Source of the DNA: Octopus sinensis
Taxonomy: Eukaryota
Reading direction: 5' to 3'
Assembly (NCBI RefSeq): GCF_006345805.1
Contig: NC_043007.1
Location: 36,146,001-36,210,000, forward strand
Length of the DNA stretch: 64,000 bases
Shown: piece by piece, positions 13,910-25,309 of the stretch
How positions within the stretch are numbered: position 1 is the first letter of the stretch
Layout of the letters: every line of letters begins with the position of its first letter
The notes under the pieces: generated by a model
What the model saw: only the letters and a program-made list of their open reading frames with translations
The model's database searches: none
Told to the model about the DNA's origin: nothing
Position numbers and translations under genes: made by a program

Positions 13910-14173
13910 ATTAGAGAAAAACCACTATTATTCAATTCAAACAATGATAGACATAAACCAAATCATATAGAAAAAATAAAATATATTATAAAACATATAA
14001 CTAGATCACAAAAAGTACGTAATAATAAATAAACAGTAAATAAACAGTATTATATACTTATTATTATGTACATTTTGTGATCTAGTTATGTTTTATGATA
14101 TATTATATTTTTTCTATATGATTTGGTTATGTCTATCATTGTTTGAATTGCATAATAATGGTTTTACTCTAAT
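13910..14173. repeat. Fold-back element, arms about 115 bp
   Basis: caattcaaacaatgatagacataaaccaaatcatatag...ctagatcacaaaa pairs with ttttgtgatctag...ctatatgatttggttatgtctatcattgtttgaattg. Confidence 0.85.
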
Positions 14174-14654
14174 ATACATATATACATACATACATATATA
14201 TATATATTATATATATATATATAATATATATATATATATTAACAATTTTAAAGATTTTATCCTCAATTGTTAATTTATATTTTTCACCGGAATAGTTCAA
14301 TACTGAATTTTTATTCCGACTAGGCAATTTGTTACCGAAATGCATTGCGAAAAAGCCCGCCATTTTCATAGATATGTAAGGATAAACATTCGTACATGCT
14401 ACGACGAATTCTACGGTTGGCTATCGAGTTTGTAATGTTATGTTTTTTCTTATATTTCTTGAGTTTGTTGCACTGACGAACATGAAATGCATATTCTGCA
14501 TTAAATGCGAAATCACATGTGATATGTAACTGAATTCTTTTTTAAAATGATGTGTTTTGAAGTTTTGCATTCGGTAAAATTTTGTTTATTTTTAGTAGTT
14601 TTGACCGCATTGGTCCCTCTTAGCGTGTGGTATCTACAAATAGTAGTACCCTCA

Positions 14655-14693
<39 letters not shown>

Positions 14694-14848
14694 CATGGAT
14701 GGGCTCGAGAGATTCTCAGTATAGAAGACACTTAGTAGTGCTCAAGAGATTCAAACTTAGATTCCGATATCTTTACAGGGGATCATTCCAGAAGGTAAGG
14801 AAAGGCTATAAGAAGGATCAAGTTGAGTGGCTACAGAAGCAGTTATGC

Positions 14849-15186
14849 GGATAAACAAATTAGACACATCAAATATATCAAATACAAAATATGTATATAT
14901 ATATATATGTATACAAGCAAAATGAGACAAAGCAAAAAATGGAAACTTTCTGGTGATAAATTTTTATGTATAGATATGTAGATATTTATATCAATAAGGT
15001 CCAACTTACACTAACGACAGAAAATTAACGGAGTCGTTTGTACTCTGTGTAAGTTGGACGAATTAATGTAAATTTCTATATATTTATACATAAAAATTTG
15101 TCACCTGAATGTTTCCACCTTTTGCATTTATACTTATTTTGTATTTGATGTATTTAATATATTTGATGTGTCTAATTTATTCATCC
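14849..15186. repeat. Fold-back element, arms about 150 bp
   Basis: aaattagacacatcaaatat...ccaacttacac pairs with gtgtaagttgg...atatttgatgtgtctaattt. Confidence 0.8.
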
Positions 15187-15407
15187 TCATGATTGCCTCT
15201 TTCTCTATACAGACACACACACACACACACACATATGTACATATATAATGTTTTGGTCCTAAAATCAACCACTAAGTTCTGTGTGGATTCCAATTTCAAC
15301 CAAATTAATTTTTTTTTTGGAGGGTGATTTTATTGTTTCTTCTTTAGTATAAGATCTTGTATCTCATTAGAGTCTCCATGAATTTGTAAATGTTGTTTTT
15401 TTTCAAG

Positions 15408-15523
15408 GTGCCTCTCTCCTACCTCCATAAGGAGGCTACTGCGACTCTGTGGCCTGAAGTTAAAGAAATCCATGCCACAATAGCGCCATTTCGAATCACT
15501 TCTCCTTACGGCTCCCTGGAAAG
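15408..15523 (+). CDS. LMF2: LMF2 alternative exon B, 116 nt (VPLSYLHKEATATLWPEVKEIHATIAPFRITSPYGSLER), phase 0 to 2
   Basis: ttttttttcaag acceptor, AG|gtacaa donor; stop-free; same length and phases as exons A and C; shares VP.S, L14/W15 (as in human RLW) and ITS.YG. Confidence 0.8.
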
Positions 15524-16287
15524 GTACAACAGAATAGAGTGTAGTTGAGAGAGACTGTAGACCATAATAACAATAATAATAATTAACAGTATTTTCATAC
15601 TAATTATCACCAGTTTGTTTGTTTGTTTTGCTGTGTTCAGTGAAAAACTAAGCCTCTCTCCTCAAACAATTATTAGACACATGTGTGTACACACACATAC
15701 ACACACTCCAAAACTAAAATGTCATTGGATTGCATTTTTGGGTAGCTTATTCAATAAGTTTACTTTATTTTTCCCCATTTTTGGTTCTTATGTTTTTTTA
15801 TTTTAATATATATATATCACATGTGATCACATGGCCACAGATGTTGTTACACATCGCTGGTCACTATGTACTTTGCATTGTTTTAACCTTCAGATGATGC
15901 CAACCCACTGGCTAGGCAAGCAGGTCAACATATCCCCCCACCCACTGATCGAAGGGTAACTAGAGCAATGTGAAATGAAGTGTTTTGCTCAAGAGCACAA
16001 CATGCTGCCCTGTTAGGGAATCAAACCCATGATCTAGCGATTATGAATGCAATAGCCTAACCACTAGGCCACGTGCCTTCACATTTGGTTGGCCTGCTCG
16101 TCCAGCCAGTGGGGTGGCGTCATTTGGATATTAAATTGATACAACAGCGCATTGTGACCAGTGATGTGTAACATCTGATAGCCTGGTCAGTCAATTGATC
16201 ACGTGTGATACATATACAATAATAAATATATAATATATGTATATATTAATATTATATATATATTAATATATATAATGTATATATAAA

Positions 16288-16593
16288 GTGGAGGCACATG
16301 GCCTAGTGGTTAGAGCAGCGGACTTGTGGTCAAGGGATAGCAGGTTTGAATTTCAGACCGGGCGATGTGTGTGTTTATGAAAGAAACACCTAAGCTCCAC
16401 ACGGCTCCGGCAGAAGGTAATGGCGAACTTCTGCTGACTCTTTCACAACAACTTTCTCTCACTCTTTCCTCCTGCATCTTGCAGTTCACCTGCGAAGGAC
16501 CAGCGTCCCATCCAGGTGGGGAACCTATACGCCAAGGAAACTGGGAAACTGGCCCTATGAGCCAGGCATGGCTCAAGAAGGAACAAACAACAA
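16288..16593 (+). mobile_element. tRNA-derived SINE, family B (related copy 35255-35560)
   Basis: Roughly 85% identical by eye to 9245-9552, in the opposite orientation. Confidence 0.88.
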
Positions 16594-16763
16594 TATATAT
16601 ATATATAATATATATATATATATAGTGGTTGGCGTTAGGAAGGGCATCCAGCTGTAGAAACACTGCCAGATCAGAGTGAAGCCTGGTGCAGCCTCCTGGC
16701 TTCCCAGACCCTGGTCGAACCGTCCAACCCATACTAGCATGGAAAACGGACGTTAAACGATGA

Positions 16764-16801
<38 letters not shown>

Positions 16802-17421
16802 TTGTGAGTAAGTGTTACCATCATACAAGCAGTATCCGTCATTGAAAATCTTTTGTGAAAACATGTCTAACCTAGAGAAATATTACTTTATTTGGAAACA
16901 GGTGGGGGTTGATGTCGATCAGGGTATCCAGCTATATAAAATCCGCCTCAATGGATTCTGTTTGACCAATGTGAGCATAGAAAAAATGGCCATTGAAATG
17001 ATGATGACATGCAAACACACCTATAAACAGATATGCATGCAAACATGTATACGTATACATACAGTTGATCATATGCACACACACACACACACACACATGT
17101 ATCAGTGCATGATCTAACACACTCACAAAAGGAATTTGGGTTGGAGGTGTGTGTTTGTCTTGGTTACTCCAATTGTGTATGCATACTTTAGTTCATAGTT
17201 GGTCCCTGTGATTCTGGCCATGTTGGAGCATTTTCTTCTAACACTTGCTTTTGTTTAGTTTTGTTTTGTTTTTTTGTTTTCTGTTTGCTTTTTGTTTGTT
17301 TTCATTTTACTCAGTTTGGCAGAAATTTGATTAATTTGCTTAAAAGAAGGTGAAAAAAAATAAAGTAATCAAATCAAGTAATTAAAAAAAAAAACATAGT
17401 ACTTTGTTTATTCTACAGATC

Positions 17422-17518
17422 TTTAGTTGAGTGACACTTCTTGCTCATGTTCTTTTTAGTTGAGTGACACTTCTCACTCATGTTCTTTTTAGTTGAGTGA
17501 CACTGCTCACTCATATTT
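17422..17518. repeat. 3 x 33-bp tandem repeat
   Basis: tttagttgagtgacact... at 17422, 17455, 17488. Confidence 0.85.
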
Positions 17519-18007
17519 TTTTCTCTTTTCTGTTAATATTTTACTTGCTTAAAGTATGATCTGGAGATAATTAACCAATTCTAAGGAAGCCAAAGATATC
17601 TCTTCAGATATATAATGGTAATGGGGAATTGGAGTAAATGGTAGAGCATCAAACAAAATGCTTTGTGGTATTTAGTTATGGTTTACCTGCCTTCTGATTT
17701 CAAATCCTACCCGACTCAGTTTTGCTTTACATCCTCTCAGGGTCAATAAAATAAAGTATCAATTGAGTACTAGGGATCAATATAGTCAATTAAGGCCTTG
17801 TGCATATAGTGAAAATTATTATTATTATTATTGTTAGCACATTGGACAAAATGCTTAGCAGCATTTCGTCCATCTTTACATTCTAAGTTCAAATCTCGCT
17901 GAGGTCAACTTTACTTTTCATCCTTTCGGGGTTGATGTAATTGACTCCACCCCACCCCATTGAAATTTCAGGTCTTGTGCCTATAGTAGAAAGTATTATT
18001 ATTATTA

Positions 18008-18035
<28 letters not shown>

Positions 18036-18038
<3 letters not shown>

Positions 18039-18261
18039 AGGCAGCAAGCTTGCAGAATCATTAGCACGCTGGATGAAATGTTTAGTGGTATTTCAGCTGT
18101 CACTATGTTCTGGATTCAAATTCTGCCTAGGTCGACTTGGCCGACTTTGCCTTTCATTCTCTCAGGGTCAATAAATTAAGTACCAGTAAAATACTAGGGT
18201 CACTGCAATCAACTGACCCCCCCCCCCACAAATTTCAGGCCTTGTGCCTTTAGTAGAAAGG

Positions 18262-18303
<42 letters not shown>

Positions 18304-18528
18304 AGGCAGCAAGCTTGCAGAATCATTAGCACGCTGGATGAAATGTTTAGTGGTATTTCAGCTGTCACTATGTTCTGGATTCAAATTCTGCCTAGGTCGA
18401 CTTGGCCGACTTTGCCTTTCATTCTCTCAGGGTCAATAAATTAAGTACCAGTAAAATACTAGGGTCACTGCAATCAACTGACCCCCCCCCCCCCACAAAT
18501 TTCAGGCCTTGTGCCTTTAGTAGAAAGG

Positions 18529-18562
<34 letters not shown>
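18036..18562 (+). repeat. Near-perfect 265-bp tandem duplication within a head-to-tail SINE-C/(ATT)n array (17620-18770)
   Basis: ataaggcagcaagcttgcagaatc occurs at 18036 and 18301 with near-identical bodies. Confidence 0.92.
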
Positions 18563-18563
<1 letters not shown>

Positions 18564-19524
18564 GGTGGCACACTGGACAAAATGCTTTGTGGAATTTTTT
18601 CTGGCTCTACGTTCTGAAGTTCAAATTCTGCTGTGGCTAATTTTGCCATTCATCCATTTGTGGTTGATAGAATAAATCCCAGTTGAACACTAGGGTCAAT
18701 GTAATCAGCTTACTCTATCCCCCAAAATTTCAGGTCTTGTACTTATAGTAGAAAGGATTATTATTATTATTCAACTTGACTCCAGTTTGGTCTTATTTCT
18801 GGTAGAATTTATGTGGGTAGCAGGTTACTATCTGTAACAGGCTTTCAATAATCTTTCAAGTGCACAACCCTTCTGATAATCTTCCCTGTTCATAAGAAGC
18901 AAACTTTCTGTTCCAATCTGCTTCATTCATTCGTCTACATCATAACTCACAGTCCTTAATGCACCAATTATTGCTTACACAACCATTATAGTTTTCATAA
19001 TCCAAATTGTTGCAATCTTATATTTTAATGGAGTTTTTTAAATTTTTCACTGTTTTTCTTTACAATCCTGGAATCAAATGGACATGATGGATCAATTAGT
19101 CAGCAACTTCTCTTTTCCTTGTTATATCCGGTTTATTATTTTCTATTGTCTTGTCCATTTGAAATGTGAAAATCCCATAAAATCTTGCATTTTTCCAACT
19201 CTAGCACTCTTTCAACTCTATGATTATACCAAGTATTTCCATCTCCAAGCTCCATTTCTTGTATTGTCCCTGAGCCAACTTAGGACGTTCTGTAACGATG
19301 TGTGCCATTGTTTCACCCCAAATTCCACAAACTCTACATTTTGTTGACACCTTCTCCTTGTGCACATATTTCCTCAAGTTGTTCTTTAATGCTTGGTTTT
19401 CAGTTCCTATAATAAGGCTCTCTGTTTGTTTCAAATTGCCCTTTTTTTCAGCCAATCTGCACTCCCATACATTCTCAGTGGCTTTACAACAGACCGTGCA
19501 AAGGTTTCTCTTCAGTCTGTTTAA

Positions 19525-19745
19525 CCCTTTCATTACCAACCCGGCTGAAATCAGCTCTGGCTCTTTAGTATAAATGTCTTGTTTTCATAAGTTTTGAATT
19601 CAAGTCTTCCACCAAATCTTAGTTAAAATTTATGTTCCTTACACTAGCTTAATGATAACGAAGTTCATTTACTGAATTCTTTGTTATATTTAAAATAATT
19701 GAAAGAAACACAGAGCATCTCAAAATAAATACATTAATGAAAGGG
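19525..19745. mobile_element. piggyBac-like MITE (TTAA TSD, CCC...GGG ends)
   Basis: ttaa|cccttttcatt ... aatgaaaggg|ttaa, inserted in the R4/Dong LINE. Confidence 0.85.
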
Positions 19746-20004
19746 TTAACATAATCTCTGTGAATTTCATTTTTGTCCTTTTCTCTTTTTCCACACTTGA
19801 TCACTTATTTTTTATTCGCTGCCTTTAGTAATTTCTCGTTGCTGTTCTGTAAATATTCTAGTACAGTTTTTCTTTCCGTCTGTATACCCTCTTCCGCAGC
19901 AGTTAAACCTCTTCCATCCTGGTCTCCTTTCAAGTACAACCAGTTAATATCAGCTTTCAGATGGTGGATTCTGATTCCATACATTCATTGTTGACAGCTT
20001 TGTA

Positions 20005-20570
20005 TTGGGTTGTCCGGAAAGTTTGTGCCAATTTATAGTAGCTTACCTCTTGGCTTGTTTTAGAACCTGGTTGAGTCCATAAAATAGGATTTGACTACAC
20101 CTCCATCTAGAGTACAGTTTAAGCTATCTTTTCGTGGAAGAAGGTTTATGCTCCTATAACCTGTGTTAATTCTGTAGCCCTTTAAAATGGAAGATAAGAA
20201 AGTTCATTTTTGGCACTTGATGCTTTGGGAACCAGACAAAAATTGCTGCAGCTCGGCTTGGATGTGTTACCCCACCCTCCATATTCACCAAATATTGCTC
20301 CTCCGGATTTTCACTGATTTAGGTCTCTGCAGAATAGTCTTAATGGTAAAAATTTCAATTCCTTGGATAACGTAAAAAGATACCTTGATGAATTGTTTGC
20401 CATGAAACCACCTCAATTCTGAGAAGAGGGTATTTTGAAGTTAAAGGAAAGATGGAGACACATTGTGCAACAAAATGGTTCGTCTTTGGTTGATTAAAAA
20501 TGTAATGGCAAGTATTTATTGACCTTTTTCTTTCCTTTAAAAATCGGCCCGAACTTTCTGGACAACCCGA
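20005..20570 (+). mobile_element. Second internally deleted mariner copy, inserted in an R4/Dong-like LINE
   Basis: Same TIRs, TA on both sides (20003-04, 20571-72); retains LGLDVLPHPPYSPNIAP (mariner YSPDLAP motif). Confidence 0.92.
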
Positions 20571-20994
20571 TAGTTTTTCTGTCAAGTTTCTGTATGTTGC
20601 TTTGGGTCCAGTTTATAAGTCCATCTCCATATCTGATAATAACCTTTTTTGAATTCAACTTTGACTTTAATATTTTTCTCACTTTCCTCGTATATTTGTG
20701 ATTTGTTTCATCACTTCATCTTTTTATTTCATCTCTCTCCAGTATTCCCAAAATACTCATTCCACTGTCCTTTCTCATCAGCTTTTGTTGTTTTCCCATT
20801 TGGCATTTCAATTACCTGGCTTCCTTCAACTCTTCCTCTTTTCGTTATCACTATAGCGTACTTTTCAATCCCAAATTCCATACCTCTGTTTGTTGTCTTT
20901 TCACATGAAGCTTTATTTTATCCATAAAAAAATTATTTATCTAACCATATCCATTTCCCAAATCATGAGCTATTTTAACTAATCATCATCATCA

Positions 20995-21044
<50 letters not shown>

Positions 21045-21974
21045 GGGCAGTGTTATCAGTTTTGGTAGAAAATCATGCAAGATACTTTGCTATATTCAGT
21101 TATGTCTCAAGTTCAAATCCTGGCAGTTTTTAGCTACTTTTGCCTTCCATCATTCTGGGGTTAATACAATCAAGTTCAAGTCAAGGTACTAAGGCTGATA
21201 TATTCAACTACATCCAGCTCTTGGACATTGTGTCTATGTTAGAATCATCGTTATTACTATTAGGACTGCAGATGACAGAATCAGTAGAACATCAAAAGAA
21301 AAGCTTTACAGTTTTTAGTTGAGTCCCTTTAGGTTCTGGGTTGAAATTCTGATTAAAGAAGATTTTAAAAAAATTATTTTATGTTGCTTTTTGTCCTTCT
21401 GTGATCATAAATACCAGGTAGGTAGGACTGGAGACTATATAATGAATTTTCCTTCTTAGAATTTATGTTATTGTTCTGATGTTAAAAACTATTATTTATA
21501 CAACTTTTTTTTTTCAACCTTCTTTTAATAATGATTTATTTTTGTTTATGAATCTTTTAATGTTTTTGGGTCAAACGCCTAAAACATGTTTTTATTGAGT
21601 TGTTAATGAAATTATTTTGTGGACTGACTATTAACTTAAACTTTAGAGATGAAAGATTTGTTTTGGTATATTTATATCCAATGCAGCATCCCAAACTTAT
21701 TATCTCACAGAATCCTTATATGGTTTTCAAAAAAACAAGGAAAAACTGTGGAACTACTAGCTGTATTTCACAGACAAACCCTATCATTTTAATTAGGCAC
21801 AGGCATGGCTGTGTGGTTAAGAAGTTGGCTTCCCAATCATATGCTTTCAGGTTCAGCCCCACTGTGCAACACCTTAGGAAAATATTTTCTACTTTAGCCC
21901 CAGGCTAACCAAAACCTTATAAGTGGATTTGATAGACAGAAACTGAAAGAAGCCCATCATTTTGTGTGTGTGTG

Positions 21975-22440
21975 CATGCATCCAAGAACAAGCGAGTTAT
22001 CTAATGACATCATGAAAACCGTTATGAAAACCTCCTCGAGGAATGTGAAGACGCAGGCTGGAAAGCGGAACATTTTCCTATCGAAGTCAGATGTAGAGGG
22101 TTTGTAGGACACAGCGTGAGACGACTGTTGTTATCGTTAGCCCTAACTCATCGTAAAGTCAATACCACCATGACTGATATCCAATCTACAGTGGAGAAGG
22201 CTAGCCACTGGATTTGGTTAAAAAGAGACGATGAGCGATGGCTAGAAGTATATTGAGTTCTTCATAACCAGCTGATCTAGCAAGCGGGGGCCTCATATCA
22301 GCGAGGGGGGACGGTGCGCATTGATGCCGTCGAGAGGTAGGCCCCGAAACGGCACGCATTCTCTCCTGATGACCCCATACACTTGCTAGCTTCCGATATA
22401 CGGAGCTTTTAACTGGTAGCACTTGCATGTGCAAGTTGTT
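21975..22440 (+). mobile_element. 3' end of an RLE-type non-LTR retrotransposon (HERO/NeSL-like) with its 3' UTR
   Basis: 22020-22256 translates RYENLLEECEDAGWKAEHFPIEVRCRGFVGHSVRRLLLSL...VEKASHWIWLKRDDERWLEVY*, matching the EVGCRGF and S.WIW.KR motifs; GC-rich 3' UTR follows. Confidence 0.8.
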
Positions 22441-22836
22441 TGCAAGACATAGAGGTCAGATTGAATGAAAGGTAGTTGTAAATTTTGGTTTTCTTTTTAC
22501 TCGTTTTAGTTATCGACCTGCGACCATTCTGGGGCAGTAAAATTAAAGGGTTTTGAGAAATTTTATTTACTGCATAAGGAAGATAGGCAAAATAAATTTA
22601 GGTATAAAGAGATGCAATAAAGGTTAGAACCAAATACCACTAGGTACTTTTTCAACTTTTTACTAAATCTGCCGGAGTGGCTGTGCAGTAAGAAGCTTGC
22701 TTCCAAACCACATGGTTCTAGGTTCAGTCCCACTGTGTGGCACCTTGGGCAAGTGTCTTCTACTATAGCTTCGGGCCTATCAAACCCTTGTGAGTGGATT
22801 TAGTAGACGGAATCTGAAAGAAGCCCACCATATATA

Positions 22837-22874
<38 letters not shown>

Positions 22875-23490
22875 CACACAAACACATGTATGTATTTGTG
22901 TGTCCCCCCCCCCCGCCATCTTTGCTTGACAACTGGTGTTGGCATATTTATGTCCCCATAACTTAGTGGTTTGGCAAAAGAGAACCAATAGAATAAGTAT
23001 CAGGCTTGAAAAAAAAAGGTGTTCCGGGATCAATTCATTTGACTAAAAGATTCTTCAAGGTGGTGTCCTTGCATGGCCACAGCCTAATGTCTGAAACAGA
23101 TACACACACACACATATATATACATGCCTGCAATGTACTTGTGCACACATCTAAAGGGTTTCTGTACAGTTTCCTTCAGCTGAATGTTGCTCACAAGGCT
23201 TTAGGTCAAGTTTATGGTGGAACACTCTTTGTTTTGAGACATCCTGCACTAAGCATCGAAATGGAACTGTGTGATTGCAAAGCAAACTTTTTGACCACAT
23301 GACCCCTGCCAAAAATACATAAATAATTTTTAAAAATCAAAAGAAAATTATAAAGAATCTTTCATCTCTAAACAATAAATGTAATGGTAGGCTTATAGTC
23401 ATAATAATTAGAATCATAACCTAAATATTTTGTTTTAGTTTAGTGTGCTGTTTGCCTTGTTTCTCTACTGACTCATGTTTCTGATTTCAG

Positions 23491-23606
23491 GTACCGTATA
23501 CTTCCATAGATGTTGGCAGTAATTCTAAGTTACCAGCACACTTAAAGATTTTACACAGCAGATTAGACAGACTTGAAATAACGAGCCATTATGGTCTATT
23601 CAGAGT
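23491..23606 (+). CDS. LMF2: LMF2 alternative exon C, 116 nt (VPYTSIDVGSNSKLPAHLKILHSRLDRLEITSHYGLFRV), phase 0 to 2
   Basis: ctgatttcag acceptor, GT|gtaaga donor; stop-free; VPY...ITSHYGLFR motif; same length and phases as A and B. Confidence 0.88.
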
Positions 23607-23999
23607 GTAAGACCAGCTAACATTTCCTCCCTTTTAACACTCTTCTACCCACTACACTGCCTTCTGCCGTACCTCTTTTCCCTCCTCCTCCTTCCTCCTA
23701 CGGCTAGTATCTGATATGGCAACTTTCTGGAAAAGTGTTGTGTTGTGTATGGGTGTGTTGTTGTTTTGTGTCTTGTTGCGTGTCTTGTTGTTGTATATAT
23801 GTTTTGTTAGTGTGCTTTGCTGTATTTGTTTGTTGCCATGTGTGTGTGTATTGTTGTATGTGTCTGCACCTTTGTCATGTTTGTATAAACTATATGATGT
23901 GTGGTAGTTGTTGCTGTTGTGTGTATGTGTATGTATATATGTGTGTGTGTGTGTGTGTGTATATATATGTGTGTGTGAGTGTGTATATATATATGTGTG

Positions 24000-24084
<85 letters not shown>

Positions 24085-25309
24085 ATATGTAATATTGCAC
24101 ATGTTGTATGTATTTATGACTTGGTTGTTGTGTGTGTTGTGTGTTTCCATACATTTTTGTTGCTTTCCCCCATTCCCTTTACCCTTTACTATTTTTCATA
24201 AGAAAAGATATTCATTTACAAACACATTTCTATGTGAAACACACTGGATACAGGTAAGGCTGTGTGTTTAAGAAATTTCCTTTGCAACCACTTGTTTCTA
24301 GTTTCAATACCACTCTACAGCACTTTGGACAAATGCCTTTTACTCTGGTCTCAACCTGACCGATATTTTAGGAGCGAAGCAGCTTGTTAGAAACTATACA
24401 GCAGCGCTTCCCAAAGTGGATGGTACTGCCCTGTTCCCCTGGGGGTCAATGGAAATATCCACTAGGGTGTTGAAGAAAAGTTGGGTGATAATGGGATGGC
24501 CAAAGAGTTGGGGCAGGGCAAAACAACAAAATAATGGGATTAATTAGATCAAGTTTTATTTGTGAAATACAGTTGTTTTGAATTTGCTGCAGAAAGTGGT
24601 TTATGTTTGTGGTGGTGAGTGAGGTTGAGGTACTAGGAATGTGGCCTAGGTGCGAAGGGAGCAGTAGCTTGAAAAAGTTTGGGAACCACTGCTATACAGT
24701 GACCTAGTGATGTGAGCATTGTGTTCATGATCATAACGCGACAGGATCGTGTGATTCAATTCCTGGGCCAGCAGGCCATTGTTTCTTCAAGCAAAATGCT
24801 TTAATTTCTCATTGCTCTAGTTTACTCAGCTGAGATCATATCCTGGCATCAGTGCTGGTTCTATCCTTTCTCCCTCTTCCCCCTGTTGTCACATCCTTGA
24901 TATTTTGCTCAGTAAAGATTGGAAAGGCTGAGAGGATGTCTGTCTGTGACCACATAGGCGCCTAAGAAAACAGTTAGTGCAAGCATGGTATATTACCAAG
25001 CCATACATACTTGTGAGTGACAGCTATGGTTTATATATTTATGTCTGTCATATCCATCCATCTATCTAGCTATATGTATATGTGTGTGTGTGTGTATATA
25101 TATACATACATATTAGAAGGTTTGGAGATGTACAGGTATCATATATTAGAAGAAATGTGGTACTCAGAAATCTGGATGGTTTTATATTTACAGATATTTA
25201 TTAGTATGTTACAGGTTTTTATAAATCATATATCATATATTAGCGCTTTCGTCCATTCTAAAACTTTAGTCTTTGCTAAATTAACTTTGAGGTCTCAATT
25301 ATAGGTTTT

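Larger units (their letters stand above)
18790..20960 (-). mobile_element. R4/Dong-like (RLE-type) non-LTR retrotransposon fragment, interrupted by a TTAA-MITE and a mariner
   Basis: Minus-strand peptides ILKSKLNSK..IIRYGDGLINWT..IQKLDRKT, LKQTESLIIG..NQAL, CRVC...ETMAHIV (CCHC knuckle), KILWDF..NKPDI, IIGALRTV. Confidence 0.85.

Noticed and set aside
23604-23612. Alternative donor AGA|gtgtaa for exon C (114 nt)
   Set aside because: Would be out of phase with the exon at 36881; GT|gtaaga is the better consensus and keeps the frame.
15535-23670. Short docking/selector complementarity (agtgtagt after exon B versus actacact after exon C)
   Set aside because: Only 8 nt, expected by chance, and no matching site was seen for exon A.
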